From: Candidatus Saccharimonadota bacterium
Lineage (GTDB): Bacteria; Patescibacteriota; Saccharimonadia; Saccharimonadales; Saccharimonadaceae
Reading direction: 5' to 3'
DNA: 32,000 nt
Assembly: GCF_025273655.1 (NCBI RefSeq)
Contig: NZ_CP045921.1
Location: 870,001 to 902,000 of the forward strand
Of this stretch, positions 1-7,584 are shown in pieces. The notes under the pieces were generated by a model. It saw only the letters and a program-made list of their open reading frames with translations, made no database searches and was not told the origin of the DNA. Position numbers and translations under genes: made by a program. The stretch's first letter is position 1. Every line of letters begins with the position of its first letter.

Positions 1-547
1 ACTTTTCAACCTCCATCAGTCGCCCGCTCTTACTCAGTTCAGGTTCTGTACAAGCTGCTAGGTTAAAACAGCATGGCCTGCGGTGCTTACCTTCAAGCTT
101 AGATATCGTCTTGACAATACGTATCGCCCGCGTGTCGACGCTCCCAGTCGCATTGACCCAGCGAACCCATTCCCACCGTGCCATCGGTGTAATATCTTGC
201 CACTTATCTTTGACTTTTTGCGGCGCTGCTGCCAGCGCATCCGCGATATCCTGAGGTAATGTTGGCTCTGGCCATATCTCACTCGTCGTCAGCTCTACAC
301 TCACGGTATCTCCCACTTTCACATCGGCTATCCGTTGCATCTCATCGGTTACCCGCAGCCAGTGACTCCATCGCCCGTCGGGTTCAAGCACGGTCGAGAA
401 TTCATGACCGCTTAACAGTCCCGTTACACTCACTTGCCCACGCGACGGCAGCTTGATACTCTCTTCTTCTGGCACTAGCAAAATCATATGGCTTTTCAGG
501 GTGTGAAGAGTTGCATCAAATGTAACAGTAACTGGGTTTGCTTTCAT
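1..547 (-). CDS. YdeI/OmpD-associated family protein (DUF1905-type N-terminal domain plus YdeI-type C-terminal domain); C-terminus runs off the left edge
   Basis: Absent from the ORF track because it has no stop in the window. Reverse-strand translation from ATG 547..545 gives MKANPVTVTFDATLHTLKSHMILLVPEEESIKLPSRGQVSVTGLLSGHEFSTVLEPDGRWSHWLRVTDEMQRIADVKVGDTVSVELT...PQDIADALAAAPQKVKDKWQDITPMARWEWVRWVNATGSVDTRAIRIVKTISKLEGKHRRPCCF. I checked this frame for stops down to position 2 and found none. TATACT (559..554) lies 6 nt upstream of the ATG. Confidence 0.7.
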   Translation of the reverse strand, partial: MKANPVTVTFDATLHTLKSHMILLVPEEESIKLPSRGQVSVTGLLSGHEFSTVLEPDGRWSHWLRVTDEMQRIADVKVGDTVSVELTTSEIWPEPTLPQDIADALAAAPQKVKDKWQDITPMARWEWVRWVNATGSVDTRAIRIVKTISKLEGKHRRPCCFNLAACTEPELSKSGRLMEVEK

Positions 548-568
548 ACACCCAGTATACACCGACGA

Positions 569-608
569 AACAAGCAAAAATCGCCGATTCAGGCGATTTT
601 TGCTTGTT
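569..608. terminator. Bidirectional intrinsic terminator-like hairpin with a 17-bp perfect stem
   Basis: AACAAGCAAAAATCGCC (569-585), loop gattca, GGCGATTTTTGCTTGTT (592-608). The apical GC stem TCGCC/GGCGA is flanked by A5 and T5, so either strand reads stem plus U-tract. It lies just downstream of the small minus-strand ORF 616..711. Confidence 0.5.
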
Positions 609-615
609 CTCACCC

Positions 616-711
616 CTAGATTTGCTTCAGCTTGAGATCTGGGTACTGCTCTAGCTTGCGGCGGATAAATGCCGAAATACGTTGGTCGATAGATTCAGTT
701 GTTCTCTTCAC
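616..711 (-). CDS. Candidate 31-aa small protein, hypothetical
   Basis: GTG at 711 is preceded by GGAGG (725..721) with a 9-nt spacer. Translation: (M)KRTTESIDQRISAFIRRKLEQYPDLKLKQI, stop TAG at 618..616. TATACT (755..750) lies upstream and the terminator hairpin 569-608 downstream. No family recognised. Confidence 0.25.
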   Translation of the reverse strand: MKRTTESIDQRISAFIRRKLEQYPDLKLKQI

Positions 712-846
712 TCCTCTAGTCCTCCGTTTCGTTTTATCTTACATTTTCAAGTATAAGCGTTTCCACAAGTAACGTCTGTTGGATTCCTCACAGAAGCCTA
801 GTGAAAAATGTCACATTCAACGCATCTAGCGTATACTGAAAGAGAC

Positions 847-1512
847 ATGACGCCACATATAGAGATTATTCGTAAAAATGGAACCTCACGGCTATACAAA
901 GCAGGTACATCTCTGTTCTATCAAGGCGAGTTTCCTCGTCATGGTGTTTTACTCACGAAAGGGGCGGTTCGCGCCTACACAATTGCCAGTTCGGGCGAAG
1001 AACGGACAATCGGGTTCTACACTGCCGGCGACCTGCTGCCTATCGCGTGGCTGCTCGACCAAGTAGGCATATCGCTATTTCACTATGTGGCGCTCAGCGA
1101 GGTGCGCGCGCTACGTTTTTCGAAAGAAGACTTTGATCGCACGATTCTGGGTGATCCTGTCGCGCTCAAATCGCTATTTACCAATCTCAGTAGAGATTAT
1201 TCAGCAGCTATGCTGCGTATCAACGGACTTGGTCAGTCGCGTGCCGACGAAAAGATTGCATTTACACTATACTACCTGGCGTTTCGCTACGGCACGCTAC
1301 TGCCAGACGGGCGACACGAGATCAAATTACGCCTTCCTCACGTAGTAATTGCCAGCATGGTGGGACTCAGCCGAGAAAGCACCACAAAAGCCCTGCGATC
1401 CTTGCAGAGAAAAGGCATCATTTCCTACTCACGTGGCGTATATACCGTCAACAAATCATCGCTAGAGCACTACGTAGGCGAGGATATCTACCAGAGCCTC
1501 GAGCTAGCCTAA
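847..1512 (+). CDS. Crp/Fnr family transcriptional regulator (cNMP-binding-like domain plus C-terminal HTH)
   Basis: The ORF track gives 808..1512. The N-terminal half (LYKAGTSLFYQGEFPRHGVLLTKGAVRAY...GEERTIGFYTAGDLL) resembles a Crp effector domain. The C-terminus (ASMVGLSRESTTKALRSLQRKGIISY) is a Crp-type HTH. I prefer ATG 847 (MTPHIEII...) because TATACT at 832-837 lies 9 nt upstream; ATG 808 remains possible. Confidence 0.85.
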   Translation: MTPHIEIIRKNGTSRLYKAGTSLFYQGEFPRHGVLLTKGAVRAYTIASSGEERTIGFYTAGDLLPIAWLLDQVGISLFHYVALSEVRALRFSKEDFDRTILGDPVALKSLFTNLSRDYSAAMLRINGLGQSRADEKIAFTLYYLAFRYGTLLPDGRHEIKLRLPHVVIASMVGLSRESTTKALRSLQRKGIISYSRGVYTVNKSSLEHYVGEDIYQSLELA

Positions 1513-1538
1513 CTCATGTAAAATTTACGAGGCCTAGC

Positions 1539-1952
1539 TTATTGCCAGACCGCGAATATCACCGAGCCGATACTCATCACCACCAAAAAATACGCGCTAT
1601 TCAACCACAAGAAGCCCCACGCACGTTTGCTATACAGTGTCACGCCCACAGTCGTGGCCGCTACAAGTCCGAACCATAGCACTAGCCCGGCTACCATTCC
1701 TTCGGCTACTGTCGCAACATCCAGCGAATTGAGTACCAACGCCAATGTAAACGCCTGCACAAGCGACGATACCGCCACCGCCGCGATAATCTTGTTCGCC
1801 TGCTGAGTCGGGATCTTCAGTATGTCGATCTTGGTATACTTCGTCCATGCACGAGCAAATCCAGCGGTTGAATACCACCACGCACCAACCACCATATATA
1901 GCAGCCACGCTATCAGCACTGCCCAGTAATTTATCCCTGCTAATTCCAACAT
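1539..1952 (-). CDS. DUF1761 family integral membrane protein
   Basis: 137 aa with about 4 TM helices. The N-terminus INYWAVLIAWLLYMVVGAWWYSTAGFARAWTKYTKID is typical of DUF1761. SD GGAG lies 6 nt upstream, with TGgTATGAT further upstream. Confidence 0.65.
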   Translation of the reverse strand: MLELAGINYWAVLIAWLLYMVVGAWWYSTAGFARAWTKYTKIDILKIPTQQANKIIAAVAVSSLVQAFTLALVLNSLDVATVAEGMVAGLVLWFGLVAATTVGVTLYSKRAWGFLWLNSAYFLVVMSIGSVIFAVWQ

Positions 1953-2013
1953 ACCTATCTCCTGTTATGTGATGTGTTCATCATACCATGCCAAACTTGT
2001 TAGTATAGATAGT

Positions 2014-2403
2014 ATGACCAACTACAATATTCTCTATATCCACTCACACGACACAGGTCGGCACATCGAACCGTACGGCTTTCCGGTCAGTACGCCAAAT
2101 CTCGCCAACCTCGCCCAGCAAGGCACACTGTTTCGCCATGCCTTTTGTGTCGCGTCATCGTGTTCGGCTGCTCGAGCATCTCTCATGACTAGCCTCTACC
2201 CACATCAAAACGGCATGACCGGTCTCGCACATCGCGGCTGGCATCTTACAGATTATTCTAAAACCCTCGTTGCGTTTCTCAACGATCAAGGTTACCACAC
2301 GGCACTCATGGGCGAAAGCCATATCACGCCCTATGACGAGACAGAGTTTCCACACCAAAATAGATCAAGAACGCTGCAACCTACTCGAGCTGTCGCACAG
2401 TAA
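2014..2403 (+). pseudogene. Sulfatase family remnant: only the N-terminal ~110 aa are retained, with a degenerate active-site motif
   Basis: MTNYNILYIHSHDTGRHIEPYG...TPNLANLAQQGTLFRHAFCVASSCSAARASLMTSLYPHQNGMTGLAHRG...GYHTALMGESHI matches a sulfatase N-terminus, but the ORF stops after 129 aa whereas sulfatases are typically more than 400 aa. The C/S-x-P-x-R signature reads C-S-A-A-R, so the Pro is lost. No continuation was recognised in other frames. Confidence 0.6.
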
Positions 2404-2521
2404 AGCAAGCATGGCCAGTGTGCTGACAAGGAAGCCGAATCTTTGCACATTTCATGTTGCACCGTGTAGTCCTATCAGCATGCTTGCTTGTAGGCTTATA
2501 CTAGATGTAGGAGGACATACT

Positions 2522-2824
2522 ATGAAAGCAATTTGGCATGACACCGTAATCGCAGAAGCGCCTGAGGGGGATTTGATTCGTATCGAGGGAAATTGGTATT
2601 TTCCACCGAGTAGCCTACATCGCCAATTTTTCCAGCCGAGCGACCATCATACCACCTGTTTTTGGAAAGGCGATGCAAGTTATTACGACGTCGTCGTAGA
2701 CGGCCAGGCAAATGACTTCGGCGCATGGTATTACGCACAGCCAAAAGCAGGCTCTATCGAGCGGGTGAAGCAAGATTTCACTGATTACGTCGCGTTCTGG
2801 AACGGCATTACGGTTGAGGCGTAG
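2522..2824 (+). CDS. DUF427 domain-containing protein
   Basis: Internal ATG of track ORF 2270..2824, preceded by the SD taGGAGGacatact. MKAIWHDTVIAEAPEGDLIRIEGNWYFPPSSL...TTCFWKGDASYYDVVVDGQANDFGAWYY fits the DUF427 pattern (C-x-W/Y-KG-x-A-x-YY). Confidence 0.8.
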   Translation: MKAIWHDTVIAEAPEGDLIRIEGNWYFPPSSLHRQFFQPSDHHTTCFWKGDASYYDVVVDGQANDFGAWYYAQPKAGSIERVKQDFTDYVAFWNGITVEA

Positions 2825-2859
2825 ATACCAAACTAGCATAGAATTGTTATGATATATGT

Positions 2860-3486
2860 ATGAAGATTGTTGTCTTTGGCGCAAACGGAAAAGTTGGGCA
2901 CCGCGTAGTAGCAGAGTTGCTTCAGCGAGGTCATCATGTGCGAGCGTTTGTTCACTCTCGATCAAACCTCCTGCCGCAGCACGACAATCTCGAGATTGTG
3001 CATGGTGATGCATGCTCAGCCCAAGATGTCACAATGGCACTCGATAGTATAGATGTCGCCATGAGTACGCTTAGCAGTTGGAAGTCATCCGGCGAAGTTC
3101 TCAGTACCTGGGCTTCTCTCGTCGTCAATTCTGCGCACGCCACCCCAGCACTACGAGTTGTCAGTCTCACAGGCTCGGCGGTGTTACAGCCCAAGGATCA
3201 CGCCGCTTGGTACGATTATCTCAACCGTGTTGTCTTGCGGATAATTGCACCTAGAGTATTTCATGATGGCGCACAGCACATCGATATACTCGCCAGCTCA
3301 TCACTCGACTGGCATGTCCTACGCTCGCCGGTCATGCGCGTCAAACCATCTCATACGTACCAACTCAGTACGCACCCACCACTACCATGGCAAACTATTC
3401 CTTACGATGCCGTCGCGCGGGCATTGTGTGACATCGCCGAAAAGCCAAGAGTCGAGCATCGAACACCGTTTATCGTGCCTTATTAA
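2860..3486 (+). CDS. NAD(P)H-binding protein (atypical SDR / NmrA-like)
   Basis: N-terminal Rossmann motif MKIVVFGANGKVGHRVVAELLQRGHHVRAFVHS. 208 aa. TGtTATGAT (2845-2853) ends 6 nt before the ATG, and there is no SD. Confidence 0.75.
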   Translation: MKIVVFGANGKVGHRVVAELLQRGHHVRAFVHSRSNLLPQHDNLEIVHGDACSAQDVTMALDSIDVAMSTLSSWKSSGEVLSTWASLVVNSAHATPALRVVSLTGSAVLQPKDHAAWYDYLNRVVLRIIAPRVFHDGAQHIDILASSSLDWHVLRSPVMRVKPSHTYQLSTHPPLPWQTIPYDAVARALCDIAEKPRVEHRTPFIVPY

Positions 3487-4055
3487 TCAAGTGAGGATGT
3501 TGGTACATACATCAATATAATTCCGCCAGTATCGAGGCGCCGCTCTTCGCGCAGTACGAGTTTTTGGTACGGCACCCCTTCGGCAAATAAGCGCTTGCCG
3601 CTACCTAAAAATACCGGCGCCAGGCATAGACGATATTCGTCGAACAAATCGGCTTTCATCAGTGACTGCGACAACTCGCCGCTCCCAAACACAAACATAT
3701 TGCCATTACCCTGCTCTTTCACCGTACGTAGCTCACTCACTGCATCGCGCACGATCGTGGTATTCTCCCATTCGGGCGTATCGATCGTAGTCGAGCAGAC
3801 GACTTTTGGCATGGTGTTTAGCTGCTCGGCTTTCGGGTCATTACTGGCATTTTGCCAGTACTCGGCCATGCCATGATACGTATTGGCGCCGTACACGATC
3901 ATATTGGCCATATCGAGCTGCTCTACTGTAAACGCTTCTAGCTCGTCGCCCCACACCGTTTGATGAAACTCCAAATCCCACGGCTTCGCGCCCTCATAGT
4001 AGCCATCGAGCGTCGTCGCGACAATTAACTCATTGCTGTTTTGTGGTGTGCTCAC
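3483..4055 (-). CDS. Dihydrofolate reductase family protein (RibD C-terminal reductase-like domain)
   Basis: ELIVATTLDGYYEG...NMFVFGSGELSQSLMKADLFDEYRLCLAPVFLGSGKRLF matches the RibD_C/DHFR-like family. GTG start at 4055, overlapping the upstream gene by 26 nt. Its stop shares the TTAA tetranucleotide with the convergent gene. Confidence 0.7.
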   Translation of the reverse strand: MSTPQNSNELIVATTLDGYYEGAKPWDLEFHQTVWGDELEAFTVEQLDMANMIVYGANTYHGMAEYWQNASNDPKAEQLNTMPKVVCSTTIDTPEWENTTIVRDAVSELRTVKEQGNGNMFVFGSGELSQSLMKADLFDEYRLCLAPVFLGSGKRLFAEGVPYQKLVLREERRLDTGGIILMYVPTSSLD

Positions 4056-4518
4056 GTTTCATACGCTGATACTCTGGGTCTGATTTAGCCGCGTGGTACG
4101 CCGCATAGAATATGCGTGCAGATTCGGCTTTTACCGGATCTTCTGAGCTGCGAGGAAGTTCTGCGCGACCATGCGCACCGCTCTGACCTTTTTTGTCGGC
4201 CGGCACAGGTCCATCATATTTTTTGCCGCCTTTGTGATTAGCATAGCGGCGCGAGCGCGTATAGCCCATCTGCAAAAACTTACGCGCCATGTCCATGCCG
4301 ACGAAATCACCCTGGCTTTTGTATGTATAAAACATCTCGAGTATGGTGTCGGCCGACTGAGCAGCTTTGTCTGGAGTGGCAAATTTCCAGTGCGGCAGTA
4401 GTTCGCTTTTGTACGGCTCGGCGAGCAGCACACCTTGTTCGCCGCGGCCCACCCGATACTTCTCGGGGTGTGTGCGAAAATCGATATCGCGGTAGTGGTC
4501 TCTGTAAGTGGTAGTCAT
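4030..4518 (-). CDS. DUF4385 domain-containing protein
   Basis: MTTTYRDHYRDIDFRTHPEKYRVGRGEQGVLLAEPYKSELLPHWKFATP...FVGMDMARKFLQMGYTRSRRYANHKGGKKY is the DUF4385 pattern. Start trimmed from track 4725 to ATG 4518, because the upstream extension overlaps the pilin gene and shows no similarity. TATACT (4533..4528) lies 9 nt upstream. Confidence 0.75.
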   Translation of the reverse strand: MTTTYRDHYRDIDFRTHPEKYRVGRGEQGVLLAEPYKSELLPHWKFATPDKAAQSADTILEMFYTYKSQGDFVGMDMARKFLQMGYTRSRRYANHKGGKKYDGPVPADKKGQSGAHGRAELPRSSEDPVKAESARIFYAAYHAAKSDPEYQRMKREHTTKQQ

Positions 4519-4612
4519 CTTGTTACCAGTATACTCGCAGATATAATTAGGTCTCAGAGAAAATTTCCGGGGATATCGAAGGATACTAGGGTTTTTGCCG
4601 AGTGTTTGGAAG

Positions 4613-5125
4613 CTAGAACTGCCACGCGCCTGCCGAATAGCTCCACGACACGCCATATCCCGGCAATGTGGTCGCCACACCCGCCCGTGGGCATGCAACA
4701 CCCGAAGTCGTGATAGCATAGCCATGCTCGGCCACTACCCCACCCGGACCAACCTGAAATGCAGTACCTGATTTACTTGCGGCTACGATAGCATAGGTAG
4801 CGTCCGAACCAGTCGTGACGCGACAGTACAGTAGATTGTAGTAGCCTGTACCATTGTAGTAGCCCTCACCGTACGAGCCTTTGGATACTTTTACATCGCT
4901 AAGAGAGTTAATGGTGGCCGGGTATGCACTATTAAGTACATTGTAGTTTTCGACCAATTTGCTGAGATTTTTTAGATCGGACTTTACTGTCGTATCATTT
5001 GCTCGATTTTGAACGCCGTTGAATGCAACTATGGTGATCGCAGCGAGTATACCGATTACTACGATGACGATAAGAAGCTCCACGATAGTAAAACCTTGCT
5101 GTCGTTTAAATGTTACCCTGTTCAT
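4613..5125 (-). CDS. Type IV pilin (prepilin-type N-terminal cleavage/methylation domain), probable major pilin
   Basis: MNRVTFKRQQG|FTIVELLIVIVVIGILAAITIVAF shows a class III signal peptide with G-1, F+1 and E+5. Two Cys in the C-terminal third suggest a D-region disulfide. SD-like GGGG upstream, followed by a long AT-rich upstream region. Confidence 0.9.
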   Translation of the reverse strand: MNRVTFKRQQGFTIVELLIVIVVIGILAAITIVAFNGVQNRANDTTVKSDLKNLSKLVENYNVLNSAYPATINSLSDVKVSKGSYGEGYYNGTGYYNLLYCRVTTGSDATYAIVAASKSGTAFQVGPGGVVAEHGYAITTSGVACPRAGVATTLPGYGVSWSYSAGAWQF

Positions 5126-5254
5126 TTATCTTACTAATCCCCTTACCCTTTTATGACTCTGTAACAAATAGATGTTAAGGATATTACCTTAATTTCTACC
5201 ATCACCGCCCGGTTGTGATAAACGTGCATAGCATGTAACCCTTACTTAGTCCCT

Positions 5255-5283
5255 ATTATAGCTATGTGCAGATCAAACACAAG
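5255..5283 (-). promoter_or_regulatory. Candidate pilin promoter (TTGTGT-16-TATAAT), implying a 5' UTR of about 120 nt
   Basis: Minus strand reads gcTTGTGTttgatctgcacatagcTATAATaggg, with TATAAT at 5260..5255. Motif reading only. Confidence 0.35.
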
Positions 5284-5288
5284 CATCT

Positions 5289-5297
5289 TGATATAAT
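5289..5297 (+). promoter_or_regulatory. Candidate extended -10 promoter (TGATATAAT) for the DUF2975/HTH operon
   Basis: TGaTATAAT at 5289-5297, embedded in the direct repeat ATCTTGAT-ATA-ATCTTGAT (5285-5303), about 65 nt upstream of ATG 5363. Confidence 0.35.
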
Positions 5298-5321
5298 CTT
5301 GATGTTATATATAACGATATT

Positions 5322-5344
5322 TATTTATTGTAAAACAATAAATA
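5322..5344. promoter_or_regulatory. Perfect palindrome, candidate operator for the YozG-type HTH repressor
   Basis: TATTTATTGT-AAA-ACAATAAATA: 10-bp arms with a 3-nt spacer, between the putative -10 and ATG 5363 of the operon that encodes the HTH protein. Confidence 0.4.
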
Positions 5345-5362
5345 CTATGCTACGCTAGTAAT

Positions 5363-5860
5363 ATGAAGAAGACAACCATCTACAGTGGATCAACAATATT
5401 CTTGCGTATGGCCGTAAGCGCCATCGGCCTCGGAGTACTAGCACTTTGTGTGTATTTGCTTCCTATCATGTGGGCAGAGGCCTACCGAGAGTGGCCGCAG
5501 CATGGCTATGCCGTGCGCGCCGTAGTGGTAGCGATGTACGTCTCGACCGTGCCGTTTTATCTCGGTATTTACAAAGGCTGGCGCATACTCGATGCGATCG
5601 ACGCAGGCAAGGCATTTTCCGCCCAAGTCACGGCGGCGCTACGTGTGATTAGCTACGCAGCTGCCAGTATTAGCCTCGTCTGTACACTCAGTTTGCCTTT
5701 TTTCTACATATGGGCACAGCACGTCGATGCACCCGGGCTCATGGTGATCGGTATGTTTCTCGTGGGTATGCCCCTCATTATCAGTGTGGCGGTCGGCATA
5801 CTGCAGCGACTACTCGCCGAAGCAGTGCATATGAAATCCGAAAACGAGCTAACGGTATAA
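5363..5860 (+). CDS. DUF2975 domain-containing membrane protein
   Basis: 165 aa with 4-5 TM helices, immediately upstream (2-nt gap) of a YozG-like HTH gene. That pairing is the usual DUF2975 genomic context. Confidence 0.6.
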   Translation: MKKTTIYSGSTIFLRMAVSAIGLGVLALCVYLLPIMWAEAYREWPQHGYAVRAVVVAMYVSTVPFYLGIYKGWRILDAIDAGKAFSAQVTAALRVISYAAASISLVCTLSLPFFYIWAQHVDAPGLMVIGMFLVGMPLIISVAVGILQRLLAEAVHMKSENELTV

Positions 5861-5862
5861 CC

Positions 5863-6072
5863 ATGAGCATCGTCATCAACATCGATGTGATGCTCGCGAA
5901 GCGCAAAATGAGCGTGACAGAGCTAGCCGAGCGCGTAGGCATCACCATGGCGAACTTGTCGATTCTAAAGAATGGTAAGGCGAAAGCCATCCGCCTATCC
6001 ACTCTCGAAGCTATCTGCGATGCACTTGACTGCCAACCGGGCGACATACTTGAATACCGCGCCGATGTGTAG
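5863..6072 (+). CDS. Helix-turn-helix transcriptional regulator, XRE family (YozG-like, 69 aa)
   Basis: MSIVINIDVMLAKRKMSVTELAERVGITMANLSILKNGKAKAIRLSTLEAICDALDCQPGDILEY is the typical YozG-type short HTH. Uses the internal ATG of track ORF 5710..6072. Confidence 0.85.
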   Translation: MSIVINIDVMLAKRKMSVTELAERVGITMANLSILKNGKAKAIRLSTLEAICDALDCQPGDILEYRADV

Positions 6073-6179
6073 ATATTTGAGTTATTTATATAGCCATATA
6101 CAGCCAAAAGTGTGCACGATGTTGTGTCAAAGTCTACATTATTTGCATCTGTAAATATACATCTAGCGTGCATAGATAG

Positions 6180-6208
6180 TTGACACACACTAGCTAGTTG
6201 CTTATGCT
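6180..6208 (+). promoter_or_regulatory. Candidate sigma70-type promoter TTGACA-17-TATGCT for the LysM-CHAP gene
   Basis: TTGACA at 6180-6185, 17-nt spacer, TATGCT at 6203-6208. The gene starts at 6302 with SD AAGGAG. Confidence 0.45.
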
Positions 6209-6301
6209 AGTATTTGTGTTTTTTACGAATAGACGTAAAAGCACGAATCAAACCGTGTCAATGGCAGATTATTCACGACACGAACCTAAAGGAGAAAATC
6301 A

Positions 6302-6991
6302 ATGACAATCAAATCAGGCCTCGCGGCTGTCGTCGCGGTCTTTTCGGTAGTGCTGCTCGCCAGTCCTGCCACGCATGCAGAGGAAAAAACTGCTGCTACC
6401 CCAGTAAAAGTTACCGTACAAGCCGGCGACACATTGGAGAAAATTGCCAGTGAGCATGGTGTCACCTACGTGCAGCTCTACAACGCCAACGCTGGTATCG
6501 CCAATCCAGACATGATCGATGTAGGCCAAGAGCTCACAATACCCGCAGCCGATGCTCAACTGCCAGATCGCTACGCTGAGTTTGCTGCACAGCAAGCAGC
6601 CACACCGATCGCCGCTGCTGCTACCACGGCCAGCTACCCTGTCTACTCGCAGACCTACACACCTGGATCACAGGCAGTCTATGCGACAGACAGTAGTGGC
6701 AACACCTATTTCAAAGGCTACTGCACATGGTATGCCAAAAGTCGTCGCCCAGACCTACCCAACCAACTTGGCAACGGTGGTCAGTGGGTAGCAAACGCCG
6801 CTGCACGTGGTATCGCCACAGGTAGCACGCCGAAGGTTGGCGCTATCGCCGAGACAAGCGGCCACGTTGGCTATGTAGAAGCTGTCAATGCCGACGGCAC
6901 TATCACCATCTCGGACATGAACGGCCGTGCAGGCTTCGGCAATGTCGGCAGCTACACCGCAAACGCTGGCAACTACCAGTACATCTACTAG
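6302..6991 (+). CDS. Secreted LysM plus CHAP domain peptidoglycan hydrolase
   Basis: Signal peptide MTIKSGLAAVVAVFSVVLLASPATHA. LysM domain: VKVTVQAGDTLEKIASEHGVTYVQLYNANAGIANPDMIDVGQELTIP. CHAP domain: GYCTWYAKSRRPDLPNQLGNGGQWV...GAIAETSGHVGYVEAVNADGTITISDMN, with catalytic Cys and His. Confidence 0.85.
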   Translation: MTIKSGLAAVVAVFSVVLLASPATHAEEKTAATPVKVTVQAGDTLEKIASEHGVTYVQLYNANAGIANPDMIDVGQELTIPAADAQLPDRYAEFAAQQAATPIAAAATTASYPVYSQTYTPGSQAVYATDSSGNTYFKGYCTWYAKSRRPDLPNQLGNGGQWVANAAARGIATGSTPKVGAIAETSGHVGYVEAVNADGTITISDMNGRAGFGNVGSYTANAGNYQYIY

Positions 6992-7584
6992 AACGCTGGT
7001 ACCGTGCCGGCACCGCTCGGTACCACAATGTCTGCTAGTTTGAGCGCTTGATCCTTCGTGTTGGACGAGGGATCAGCGCCCACTCCATAGCTCAGAATTA
7101 GCCAGTCACGGCCGTCGAGTACACTCAGCTGACCGTTACTGGTATTGAAAAACGCGGCGTCACCCACACCCTGCACAACCTCCGTGGCGCCGCGTGGCTG
7201 GCTCTTCACAAAATCACGCTTGTTCTCAAGCACACCGTCGTCGTTGATACCTGAGCGAACAATTATGGCTGCCACCACCATTTGGTTTTGGTCGTGATTA
7301 CCATCTGTATAGCCGCATTTGCTCACAGCTGTATTGCGAGACACGACTGGCGCATCGTCGACACTCTGGATTGTGGCCGAACCGAGCAAGTCTGTCGCCT
7401 CTTCCGTAGTAAACAGTTTGCACGCGTTTGTCGGATCGTACACCACCTTCGGCGCAGTGGTATGCGCAAACCACACTACAAGTCCCATACCAGCAGCAAG
7501 CAAGACAATCGCAAAAAGCATTGTCAGGAGACACTGAGTGTGCTGAGCCACATATAATTTCACCGAACGCAGACGATGGTTCAT
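6988..7584 (-). CDS. Hypothetical membrane-anchored exported protein
   Basis: 198 aa. N-terminal TM anchor (LLTMLFAIVLLAAGMGLVVWF), then a soluble domain with two Cys (ACKLFTTEEATDLLG...SKCGY). Its start is coupled to the upstream small ORF by an ATGA overlap at 7581-7584. No family recognised with confidence. Confidence 0.55.
   Translation of the reverse strand: MNHRLRSVKLYVAQHTQCLLTMLFAIVLLAAGMGLVVWFAHTTAPKVVYDPTNACKLFTTEEATDLLGSATIQSVDDAPVVSRNTAVSKCGYTDGNHDQNQMVVAAIIVRSGINDDGVLENKRDFVKSQPRGATEVVQGVGDAAFFNTSNGQLSVLDGRDWLILSYGVGADPSSNTKDQALKLADIVVPSGAGTVPAF

Noticed and set aside
2270-2521. Upstream extension of the DUF427 ORF (track start 2270)
   Set aside because: It overlaps the sulfatase remnant in another frame. 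A strong SD (GGAGG) precedes the internal ATG 2522, where the DUF427 similarity begins.
4519-4725. N-terminal 69-aa extension of the DUF4385 ORF given by the track
   Set aside because: The extension overlaps the 3' end of the pilin gene and shows no DUF4385-like sequence. The family similarity starts at M70 (ATG 4518), which has a TATACT box 9 nt upstream.
5126-5254. Riboswitch (for example c-di-GMP) in the long putative pilin leader
   Set aside because: Only short generic hairpins are present (TTAAGG/CCTTAA and ATCAC/GTGAT). I could not recognise GEMM-I/II or other conserved riboswitch cores. A covariance-model scan would be needed to revisit this.
6209-6301. c-di-AMP (ydaO-type) riboswitch upstream of the LysM-CHAP hydrolase
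   Set aside because: The leader is only about 90 nt, shorter than that riboswitch class, and lacks the conserved motifs I know. It contains only a thrice-repeated ACGAA pentamer.
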